Notes under the pieces: model-generated
Told to the model about the DNA's origin: nothing
Database searches by the model: none
Seen by the model: the letters and a program-made list of their open reading frames with translations, nothing else
Source of the DNA: Acidimicrobiia bacterium
Lineage (GTDB): Bacteria; Actinomycetota; Acidimicrobiia; Acidimicrobiales; VFJN01
DNA length: 64,000 nt
Direction of reading: 5' to 3'
NCBI GenBank assembly: GCA_047459075.1
Contig: VSCH01000007.1
Location: 19,606 to 83,605, forward strand
Shown here: positions 27,544 to 35,489 of the stretch, piece by piece
How the letters are laid out: every line of letters starts with the position of its first letter
Numbering within the stretch: the stretch's first letter is position 1
Program-made: the position numbers and the translations under genes

Positions 27544-28731
27544 TCACACCGCGACGAGCTCCGGGGACAGGCCGCGGCGGGCCAGGTCGCCCCGGATCTC
27601 GTCGAGGTAGATCGGGTTCATCGCCACGACGAGGTCGGGGCGGATCTCCACCAGGTCGTCCGGGCCGACGATGCGGTGCCCGGTGCCGATCATCGCCTTG
27701 CCCTGGCGGTGGGGGTTGATGTCGACCGCGCACGCCACGGCGTCGTCCATGGCCAGGTTGGTGAGGAAGGACACGCCCTTGCTGCCCGAGCCCCAGATGA
27801 CCGCGGTGCCGCCGGCCGCCTCGAGGGCGCCGAGCCGCTCGCGCCAGGCGGCCAGGGTGCGGTCGAAGCGCTCCTCGAACAGCTGCGTGCCCTTGGCCAG
27901 CAGGTCGAGGTCGTCCTCGAGGGGGAGGGGCTCGCCGGCGCCCGGCGTCGTCGACGGCCGGGCCTCGAGCAGCAGGTACTGGTCGTCGTAGGCCCGCTCG
28001 ACGTGCAGCACCTCGAACCCGCAGGCCCGGAAGAGGCGGGCCAGCGACCCGGCGCTGAAGTACGAGCAGTGCTCGTAGTAGACGTCCCAGAACGCGCACT
28101 CGTCGAGGATGCGCTGGACGTCGGGCAGCTCGAACAGCACGACCGTGTCGAGCCGGTCGCCGATGCCGTCGCGGATCACCCGCACGAACCGGGCCACGTC
28201 GGGGATGTGCTCGAGCGTGTGCCGGCAGACGACCGCGTCGGCCTCCAGCGGCCCGAAGCGCTCGTCGTAGAACTCGGTGCGGGCCTCGATGCGGTCGGCC
28301 AGCTCGGGCCGCAGCCGCTCGGGGTGCAGCCCGGGGTCGATGCCGACGACCCGCGCCATGCCGGCCTCGACCAGGTACTCGAGGAACTCGCCCTTGCCGC
28401 AGCCGATCTCGATGGCCGTGCCGCCGGCCAGGTCGTACTTCTCGACCCAGTGGCGGGCCAGCCCGGTGGCGAACTCGACGAACTTGCGGGAGTAGCCCTG
28501 GGTCTCCTCGTAGCGGGAGGAGTACTCGGCCAGGCCCGGGTCGAAGGCCACGTTGGTGAGGAACCCGCACGCCGAGCAGAAGCCGAGCTCCATGTCGCCG
28601 CGGGGGTAGGCGACCGCCTCCTCGACGTCGAGCAGCAGGCAGCTGTTGGTGGGGATGCCCCGCTGGCGGTGGAACACCGAGACGGCGCCGGCCCCGCAGG
28701 CCGGGCAGGTGTGGGTGGACGGGGTGCTCAC
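27544..28731 (-). CDS. Zn-ribbon class I SAM-dependent methyltransferase of the NDP-sugar C-methyltransferase architecture (paralog 2)
   Basis: CPACGAG...CSACGFLTN, AIEIGCGKGEFL, CRHTLEHIPD and VIWGSGSKGVSFL...DINPHRQG are present. The GTG at 28731 overlaps the upstream stop (GTGA). Length is 395 aa. Confidence 0.85.
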   Translation of the reverse strand: MSTPSTHTCPACGAGAVSVFHRQRGIPTNSCLLLDVEEAVAYPRGDMELGFCSACGFLTNVAFDPGLAEYSSRYEETQGYSRKFVEFATGLARHWVEKYDLAGGTAIEIGCGKGEFLEYLVEAGMARVVGIDPGLHPERLRPELADRIEARTEFYDERFGPLEADAVVCRHTLEHIPDVARFVRVIRDGIGDRLDTVVLFELPDVQRILDECAFWDVYYEHCSYFSAGSLARLFRACGFEVLHVERAYDDQYLLLEARPSTTPGAGEPLPLEDDLDLLAKGTQLFEERFDRTLAAWRERLGALEAAGGTAVIWGSGSKGVSFLTNLAMDDAVACAVDINPHRQGKAMIGTGHRIVGPDDLVEIRPDLVVAMNPIYLDEIRGDLARRGLSPELVAV

Positions 28732-29960
28732 GGCACGACCTCCGGCGACGGCACGGGCACGATGAAGCGGCCTCCACGGGCGATGTACTCGGCCTGCTGG
28801 GCCAGGATCTCGTCGCGGAAGTTCCAGGCGAGCAGCAGCACGTCGTCGGGCTGCTCCTCGAGCAGGACCTCGGGCGGCCGCACCGGCTGGTGGGTGCCCG
28901 GCATGAGCTTGCCCTGCTTGTGGGGGTTGCGGTCGACGACGTACTCGACGAGGTCGGTGCCGAGCCCCGCGTGGTTGAGGAGCATGGCCCCCTTGGCGGC
29001 GGCGCCGTAGGCGGCGACCGTCCGCCCCGCGGCCCGCCGCTCGCGGATCAGCGTCGCCAGGTCGGTGCAGACCCGCCGCACCCGGTCGGCGAAGTCGGCG
29101 TAGGCCGACAGCTCGGTCAGGCCCCGCTCGGCCTCCTCGCGCAGGTAGGCGCGAACGGTGTCGGTGCGGCGGTCGTGGTGGCCGAGGTGCCAGCGGAGGG
29201 TGCCGCCGTGCAGGTCGGGGAAGTACTCGACGTCGTTGAGCCACAGCCCGTGCCGGCGGGCGAGCGCGTCGACCGCCGTGCACGAGAAGTAGCAGAAGTG
29301 CTCGTGGTAGATGGTGTCGAACTCGCAGTGGTCGACGAGGTCGCGGACGTAGGGGTTCTCGACCGTGATGAGGCCGTCGTCGGCCAGCAGGTGCTTCATG
29401 CCGGCCACGAACCCGTTGAGGTCGGGCACGTGGGCCATGACGTTGTTGGCGATGATGACGTCGGCCCGCTTCCCCTCGGTGACCAGGCGCCGGGCGAGGT
29501 CGATGCCGAAGAACTCCCGCAGGGTCGGCACGCCGGCCTCGACGGCGGCGGCCGCCGGCCCCGGCGACGGGTCGACGCCGAGGACCGGCACGCCGGCCTC
29601 GACGAAGTTGCGCAGCAGGTAGCCGTCGTTGCTGGCCACCTCGACGACGAGGCTGTCGGGTCCCAGCCCCCGGGACCGGAGGAGGCCGAGGGCGTGCTCG
29701 CGGCTGTGCTTCAGCAGGTGGTCGGAGAACGAGGAGTAGTAGTGGTAGTTGTCGACGAACATCTTCTCCGCCGACACCTCCTCGGTGAGCTGCACCAGCG
29801 AGCAGCTCGGGCAGAAGGCGACGCCGAGGGGGAAGCGCTCCTCCTGCGACAGGTCGGCGCCGGGGTCGACCAGCGCGTCGGGCAGCGGGGTCGTGCCCAG
29901 GTCGAGGAACCGCTGCAGGTCGGTGCCGCCGCACGAGCGGCAGGCGGTGACCGCCGTCAT
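28728..29960 (-). CDS. NDP-hexose C-methyltransferase-like protein (TylC3-type; paralog 3)
   Basis: CRSCGG...CPSCSLVQL, VVEVASNDGYLL, IIANNVMAHVPDLNGF, YHEHFCYFS and AYGAAAKGAMLLN...DRNPHKQGK are present. The ATG overlaps the upstream stop (ATGA). Length is 410 aa. Confidence 0.88.
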   Translation of the reverse strand: MTAVTACRSCGGTDLQRFLDLGTTPLPDALVDPGADLSQEERFPLGVAFCPSCSLVQLTEEVSAEKMFVDNYHYYSSFSDHLLKHSREHALGLLRSRGLGPDSLVVEVASNDGYLLRNFVEAGVPVLGVDPSPGPAAAAVEAGVPTLREFFGIDLARRLVTEGKRADVIIANNVMAHVPDLNGFVAGMKHLLADDGLITVENPYVRDLVDHCEFDTIYHEHFCYFSCTAVDALARRHGLWLNDVEYFPDLHGGTLRWHLGHHDRRTDTVRAYLREEAERGLTELSAYADFADRVRRVCTDLATLIRERRAAGRTVAAYGAAAKGAMLLNHAGLGTDLVEYVVDRNPHKQGKLMPGTHQPVRPPEVLLEEQPDDVLLLAWNFRDEILAQQAEYIARGGRFIVPVPSPEVVP

Positions 29961-31006
29961 CGGGCCGCCTCGGGCACGTCCGCGCCCGCCCACCGGAGGT
30001 CGGGGCCGAGCCGCCCCTCGCGCTGCAGCCGCTGGATCGTGCGGATGCGCATGAGCCGCTCCCCCTCCAGGTCGTCGAGCACGAGCGCCTCGCGCCGGTA
30101 GGCGTCGTGGAGCTCCTCGACGCCCGCCCGCACCGTCCAGGTGGGCCGGAAGGCGGGCAGGACGTCGGCGATCTTGTCGCAGTTCACCCGGTAGTTGCGC
30201 AGGTCCGGGCCGGCGGTGTCGGCGAGGGTGATCGTGCTGCCCTCGACGACCTCCTCGACGATCGCCGCGACGTCGCGGATCTGGTAGTTCTCCGAGGTCC
30301 GGCCGACGTTGAAGGCCTCGTCGTGGACGAGCTCCCGAGGTGCCTCCAGCACGGCGAGGAAGGCCCGGGCGACGTCCTCGACGTGCACCAGCGGCCGCCA
30401 GGGCGTGCCGTCGCTCTTCATGAACACCCGCCCGGTGGTGGCCGCGAACCCGGTGAGGTTGTTGACGACCAGGTCGCCCCGCAGCCGCGGCGACATGCCG
30501 TAGACGGTGGCGTTGCGCAGGTACGTGGGGCTGAAGTCGTCGTCGGCGAGGGCGTGGAGGTCGCGCTCGGAGAGCACCTTGGACTCGCCGTAGGGCGTCA
30601 CCGGGTGGAACTCGGCCGACTCGTCGAGCATGTCGTCGCCGTGGGCGCCGTAGAGGCTGCACGACGACGAGAACACGAACCGCTCGACGCCGGCGTCCTT
30701 GGCCACCTTGGCGACGTGCACGGTCGCCAGGTGGTTGATGTCGTAGGTCGTCCGCGGGTGCAGGTCGCCGAGGGGGTCGTTGGAGATGCCCGCCAGGTGG
30801 ACGACGGCGTCGACGCCCTCCATGTCGCCGACCGTGAGGTCTCGTATGTCCTTGCGAACGGTCTCGGCCGTCGCCCGCTCCGGCCCGATGCCGCAGTCGT
30901 GGAAGAGCATCGAGTCGACGCCCACCACGTCGTGCCCCGCCTCGAGCAGCATCGGGACCAGCACCGTGCCGATGTACCCGTCGCTGCCGGTCACCATCAC
31001 ACGCAT
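29957..31006 (-). CDS. NAD-dependent epimerase/dehydratase (extended SDR)
   Basis: MRVMVTGSDGYIGTVLV carries the GxxGxxG motif and PYGESK the catalytic YxxxK. It is 349 aa and is the first gene of the CDP-sugar operon. Confidence 0.9.
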   Translation of the reverse strand: MRVMVTGSDGYIGTVLVPMLLEAGHDVVGVDSMLFHDCGIGPERATAETVRKDIRDLTVGDMEGVDAVVHLAGISNDPLGDLHPRTTYDINHLATVHVAKVAKDAGVERFVFSSSCSLYGAHGDDMLDESAEFHPVTPYGESKVLSERDLHALADDDFSPTYLRNATVYGMSPRLRGDLVVNNLTGFAATTGRVFMKSDGTPWRPLVHVEDVARAFLAVLEAPRELVHDEAFNVGRTSENYQIRDVAAIVEEVVEGSTITLADTAGPDLRNYRVNCDKIADVLPAFRPTWTVRAGVEELHDAYRREALVLDDLEGERLMRIRTIQRLQREGRLGPDLRWAGADVPEAAR

Positions 31007-31137
31007 GCGCGCCCCGCCCGTTGTCCGTGGTCCGCCGTCACCGCCGCCGGACCGCCCGCCGTGTCACTGTGAGCGACGTTAGCAGGTGACGCCGCGGCCG
31101 CGCTCCGTGTGGTCGGGGCCACGGCGCCACCTGGGGC

Positions 31138-33114
31138 TCAGCTCACCCGGAAGTGGTCGAAGCGGGCGGTGTGCGCCGGCGAGGGCGTGTGGTTGCCCAC
31201 GAACAGGCCCACCTGCGCCACCGACAGGTCGAACGAGAACGACGCCACCTGCGTCCAGGACACCCCGTCACCCGAACCCGACAGGGTCCACACGTCACCC
31301 TCCCGGGCGATGCGCAACCAGTACGGCGCCCCCGCCGGCGCCGCCCGGTTCGCCCGCGCCGAGGCCGACCCACCGTCGATCGTCGCCACGAAGAACCGCG
31401 GCGACCCACCGTCGTGGTGCACCTCGAACCGGATCAGGTTCTGCGCGTCCTCCTGCACCACCAGACCCTGCATCTGGTACGCCGAGGACACCGCCGAGTC
31501 CACCTTCACCTCCACGGTGAAGTCCGTGTCCTCCGCCGCCTGCAACAGCCGCGGCGCCCGCAACGCCCCCGTCCACAGGTCGTGGGACACCCCCGCCGGC
31601 ACCGACAGCTCCACGTGCGACCCCGTCGCCACCACCGAGCCGTCACCCACCGGATCGAACCACGACCACCACGAACCCAACGACGCCGAGGAGAACTCGT
31701 CCGACACCAACCCACCACCCGACGGCGGCGGCTCGGGGTCGTTGTCGACCGACACGGTCACGGTCGCCGGCCCGGCCACCGCGCCGTCGTCGTCGGCCAC
31801 CGTGTAGGCGAAGGCGTCCTCGCCGGTGAAGCCGTCCTCGGGCGTGTAGGTCACGGCGCCGGTCGCCGGGTCGACGGTCGTCGAGCCGTGGTCCGGCCCG
31901 GTCACGACCGTGACCGACGAGGGCACGAGCGCGCCGTCGGGGTCGCTGTCGTTGGCCAGGACGTCGATGACCACCGGCGTGCCGGCCGTCGTGGCCGCCA
32001 CGTCGTCGACGACGATCGGGGGCCGGTTCGCCGGCGGGGGCGGCGCCTCGCCGCCGACCTCGGTCACCACGACGTCGCCGAAGGTGACCTGCGCCCGGTG
32101 GGCGATGAGCAGCGCCGAGCCGTTGGCCTTGGCGAAGGTCGTGTCGAGGGCCTCGACCGTGACGCCGGCGCCCTCCGGCTGGCCGGCCGGGACGACCGTC
32201 ATGCGGTAGCGGTCGCCCTGGGCGGTGCGCTGGACGCTGGCCCGGAAGAGATAGGTCTGCCCCGGGGTCAGGCTGAAGCCGCTCTGGTCGGCGGCCAGCA
32301 CGTCCTCGTCGGCGCTGGAGATCTCGACCCGGGGCGGGTGGCCGTAGAGGCCCCGGTACCAGGCGAGGGCGCCGCTCGGGCGCCACCCCGCCCGGGGCTG
32401 CATCCCCGGCTGGTGCGGCGGCGCCTCGGTGTGGCCGGTCCAGCGGAGGAAGAAGCCGACCGCGCCGTCGTTGGCGTAGAGGCTGTGGACCGTGACCGGG
32501 ACCTCGATCTCGTAGTCGGTCCAGGTCACGTCGCCGACCGCGAGCAGGCGGTCGTAGCCGGAGACGTCGTTGCGCACGCCCTCCGGGGTGACCGACCAGC
32601 GGCCGTCGACGACGTCGACGACGTCGGTCGGGCGCGTGGCGCCCGCCCACTCGACCCGGGTGGGCAGCGGCCAGGTCGTGCCCGGGTGGTGGACCAGCGT
32701 CACCGTGCGCTGCGCCTCGTTGCCGGCCCGGTCGGTGGCCGTGATGACGACCTCGTTCTCGCCGGCCACGAGGTCGCCCCGGTCGATCTCGACGTTGAAG
32801 TCGCCCGGCTGCAGCAGGCGGGGGTGGTCGTCGCCGATGGTGAGCGGCTGCTCGGGGCCGCCGTTCAGCGACCAGGTCAGCGAGGCGACGTCACCGTCCG
32901 GGTCGGTGACCCGCCCGAGCACGTTGGCCCACTGCTGGGTGTGGCCGGTGGCCCCGACGTGCTGCACGTCGCCGTACCAGACGTCGATGGCCGGGGCCGT
33001 GCCCTGGGCCGAGGCCGGGAGCGCCACCGCCCCGGCCACCACGGAGGCGGTCGCCGCCACGGCCACGAGCCGTCCCGCCCGCGACCACCGCCCGTCCGAT
33101 CGCGATCCCCGCAC
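31138..33114 (-). CDS. secreted multidomain protein: N-terminal beta-sandwich regions, Ig/cadherin-like domain, C-terminal concanavalin-A/LamG-like domain
   Basis: The GTG at 33114 is preceded by GGAGG 8 nt upstream. The signal peptide is RLVAVAATASVVAGAVALPASAQG. The Ig-like segment is NRPPIVVDDVAATTAGTPVVIDVLANDSDPDG...YTVADDDGAVAGPATVTVSV. The C-terminal LamG/DUF1349-like domain reads WSWFDP...APRLLQAA.DTDFTVEVKVDS...GLFVGNH. Confidence 0.75.
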   Translation of the reverse strand: MRGSRSDGRWSRAGRLVAVAATASVVAGAVALPASAQGTAPAIDVWYGDVQHVGATGHTQQWANVLGRVTDPDGDVASLTWSLNGGPEQPLTIGDDHPRLLQPGDFNVEIDRGDLVAGENEVVITATDRAGNEAQRTVTLVHHPGTTWPLPTRVEWAGATRPTDVVDVVDGRWSVTPEGVRNDVSGYDRLLAVGDVTWTDYEIEVPVTVHSLYANDGAVGFFLRWTGHTEAPPHQPGMQPRAGWRPSGALAWYRGLYGHPPRVEISSADEDVLAADQSGFSLTPGQTYLFRASVQRTAQGDRYRMTVVPAGQPEGAGVTVEALDTTFAKANGSALLIAHRAQVTFGDVVVTEVGGEAPPPPANRPPIVVDDVAATTAGTPVVIDVLANDSDPDGALVPSSVTVVTGPDHGSTTVDPATGAVTYTPEDGFTGEDAFAYTVADDDGAVAGPATVTVSVDNDPEPPPSGGGLVSDEFSSASLGSWWSWFDPVGDGSVVATGSHVELSVPAGVSHDLWTGALRAPRLLQAAEDTDFTVEVKVDSAVSSAYQMQGLVVQEDAQNLIRFEVHHDGGSPRFFVATIDGGSASARANRAAPAGAPYWLRIAREGDVWTLSGSGDGVSWTQVASFSFDLSVAQVGLFVGNHTPSPAHTARFDHFRVS

Positions 33115-33281
33115 CTTCCACCTCCGGTCCCGCCCGGGCGCACGTCCGCCCGTCCAGCGGCCCGGGACGTTAGCCGACCGCCACGGGCGGTTGCCCGACC
33201 CCGCTCCGAGCACGCGGTGCGGCCATCAGCTGCTAGCGTCGTGCCCCGGCAGGACAGGTCCGACGGCGGGCGGAGGCGGAC

Positions 33282-35489
33282 GTGCAGTTCAGCGTGGTGG
33301 TGTGCACCCACAACGGGGCGTCGCGCCTGCGGCGCTCCCTGGGGTCGGTGCTGGCGCAGGAGGCGGCGGACTTCGAGCTGGTCGTGGTCGACGACGGGTC
33401 GACCGACGACACCGCGGCGGTCGTGCGGAGCCACGACGCCGCCAACCTGCGCTACGTCTGGCGCCCCAACGGCGGGCTCTCCGCCGCCCGCAACACCGGC
33501 CTGCGCGAAGCACGGGGGCAGTTCGTCGTCTACCTCGACGACGACGACTGGGCCGACCCCGACTGGCTGCGCACGCTCGCCGGCGCCCTCGACGACACGA
33601 CCGGCGTCGTCACCTGCGGCGCCTGGATGCACGGCCCCGACGGCAGCGTCGAGGTGCAGCTCCCCCGGCAGATGCCCGAGGCGTTCGGCGGGGTGACGGC
33701 GCTGTTCCTCGCCGGCACGTTCGCCGTCCGGCGCTCGCTCTACGAGGCGATCGGCGGGTACGCCGAGGACATCCCCACCTCGCACCAGAGCGAGGTGGCG
33801 CTGCGCCTCGTCCCGGCCCTGGCCCGGGCCGGCCTCACGGTGGCGACCGTCGACCGGCCCCTCGTGCACATCGAGCGCCGCGCGGCCGGCCAGCGCCGGC
33901 GCCGGCCCGACACCGTGCTGCGGGGGGCCGAGTACCTCATCGAGCGCCACCACGACCGCCTGGTCCGCTCCCCCGACGCGCTGGCCGACTACCACGCCGT
34001 CGCCGCCGTGGCCGCCGCGCAGCTGGGCGACCGGCACCGCAGCCGCCACCACTTCCGGTCCGCCTTCCGCCTCGACCCGACCAACCCGCGCCACGCCCTA
34101 CGGTTCGTGGTCTCGCACGTGCCGTTCGCAGCTGCGAAGATCTGGGGTCGCCACGCCCTCCCGGCCGGCGGCCCCGACGGCAGGTCCGCCGCCCCCGCCG
34201 AGGAGGCCCCCTCCGATGCCGCACCGACCCCCCGCCGCGAGGCCGAGATGAGCGCCGGACCCGCCACCGCCGCGGCGCGGCGGGCCCCGACCGGCCGGCT
34301 GGCCCGGCGGCTGCAGCGGGCCGCGGCGCTCGCCCGTCCCGCCGTCGCCCGCGGCATCCTCGCCGGCCAGCGCTCGGGCCGGGCCGGCCCGGACGCGGAC
34401 CACCTGGCCGCCGCCGTCGCCTGGCTGGGCCGGGCGCAGGACGCCACGCCCGACGGCGGCGTGGCCGCCAGCTACAGCCTGCTCGACGGCTGGAACCCCT
34501 CCTACCCGGAGACCACCGGCTACATCGTCCCGACCCTGCTGCACCACGCCGAGGCCACCGGCGACGACGAGAGCCGCCGCCGGGCCCGCCGGATGGGCGG
34601 GTGGCTGGCCGAGGTGCAGCGGGCCGACGGCTCGATCGGGCGGGGCCTGTGGGAGGGCCCCGCCGACGCCGACAAGCCGGCCGAGGTGTTCAACACCGGT
34701 CAGGTGCTGTTCGCGTACCTCGCGCTGACCGAGACCGGGCTCGAGCCGCTGGAGGACGCCGCCCGGCGGGCCGCCGGCTGGCTCCGCGACGTGCAGAACC
34801 CCGACGGCTCCTGGACGGCGCACGCGCTGCACGGCGTGCCCCACACGTACTACACCCGGGTCACCTGGGCCCTGGCCCGGGCCGGCCGCCTGCTCGACGA
34901 GCCCGACCTCACCAAGGCGGCCGGGCGGGCCGTCGACTGGGCGCTCGCCCAGCGCCGGGAGGGCGGCTGGATCGACCGCATGGCGTTCACGCCCGGTACC
35001 GACCCCCTCACCCACACGGTCGCCTACACGATCGAGGGCCTGCTGGAGTGCGGCCTGGTGCTCGACCACGAGGCCGCCTGGCGGGCCGGCGTCGAGGCCT
35101 GCGAGGCCTTCGCCCGCTCCTACCGGGCGGCCGACGGCTGCCGGCTGCCGAGCGGCGGCGTGGCCGCCACCCTGCGCCCCGACTGGCGGGGCTCGGCCAC
35201 CTACGACTGCCCGACCGGCACCGCCCAGCTCGCGCTCTGCTGCCGGCGGGTGGCGGCGGTCGACGGGCGGGAGGACCTGCGCGAGGTCGCCGACGACCTG
35301 CTCCGGGCGGTGAAGCTGGCCCAGGCCGGGCCGTCCGCGCCCCCCGAGCTGCGGGGCGGCGTCCCCGGCTCGATGCCGATCTGGGGCCGCTACGCGTCGT
35401 TCAAGTACCTCAACTGGGCCACGAAGTTCGCCGCCGACGCGCTGCTCGACGCCGTCACCGGCGGCCTGCCCCGGCTCCGGTACGGGTGA
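33282..35489 (+). CDS. fusion protein: N-terminal GT2 glycosyltransferase plus C-terminal prenyltransferase/terpene-cyclase-like alpha/alpha toroid domain
   Basis: The GTG at 33282 has an upstream GGAGG. The GT2 region reads FSVVVCTHNGASRLRRSLGSVLAQ, VVVDDGSTDDT and YLDDDDW. After an Ala/Arg/Pro linker come QW-like repeats (EVQRADGSIGRGLW, DVQNPDGSWTAH, AQRREGGWIDR). It is a single uninterrupted 735-codon frame. Confidence 0.8.
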   Translation: MQFSVVVCTHNGASRLRRSLGSVLAQEAADFELVVVDDGSTDDTAAVVRSHDAANLRYVWRPNGGLSAARNTGLREARGQFVVYLDDDDWADPDWLRTLAGALDDTTGVVTCGAWMHGPDGSVEVQLPRQMPEAFGGVTALFLAGTFAVRRSLYEAIGGYAEDIPTSHQSEVALRLVPALARAGLTVATVDRPLVHIERRAAGQRRRRPDTVLRGAEYLIERHHDRLVRSPDALADYHAVAAVAAAQLGDRHRSRHHFRSAFRLDPTNPRHALRFVVSHVPFAAAKIWGRHALPAGGPDGRSAAPAEEAPSDAAPTPRREAEMSAGPATAAARRAPTGRLARRLQRAAALARPAVARGILAGQRSGRAGPDADHLAAAVAWLGRAQDATPDGGVAASYSLLDGWNPSYPETTGYIVPTLLHHAEATGDDESRRRARRMGGWLAEVQRADGSIGRGLWEGPADADKPAEVFNTGQVLFAYLALTETGLEPLEDAARRAAGWLRDVQNPDGSWTAHALHGVPHTYYTRVTWALARAGRLLDEPDLTKAAGRAVDWALAQRREGGWIDRMAFTPGTDPLTHTVAYTIEGLLECGLVLDHEAAWRAGVEACEAFARSYRAADGCRLPSGGVAATLRPDWRGSATYDCPTGTAQLALCCRRVAAVDGREDLREVADDLLRAVKLAQAGPSAPPELRGGVPGSMPIWGRYASFKYLNWATKFAADALLDAVTGGLPRLRYG

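Noticed and set aside
33282-35489. GT2-toroid ORF as two separate genes or a pseudogene
   Set aside because: There is no in-frame stop between the domains, both halves have intact motifs, and the 3' end is GTGA-coupled to wecB. An internal ATG near 34248 could give an independent product, but the upstream frame would still read through.
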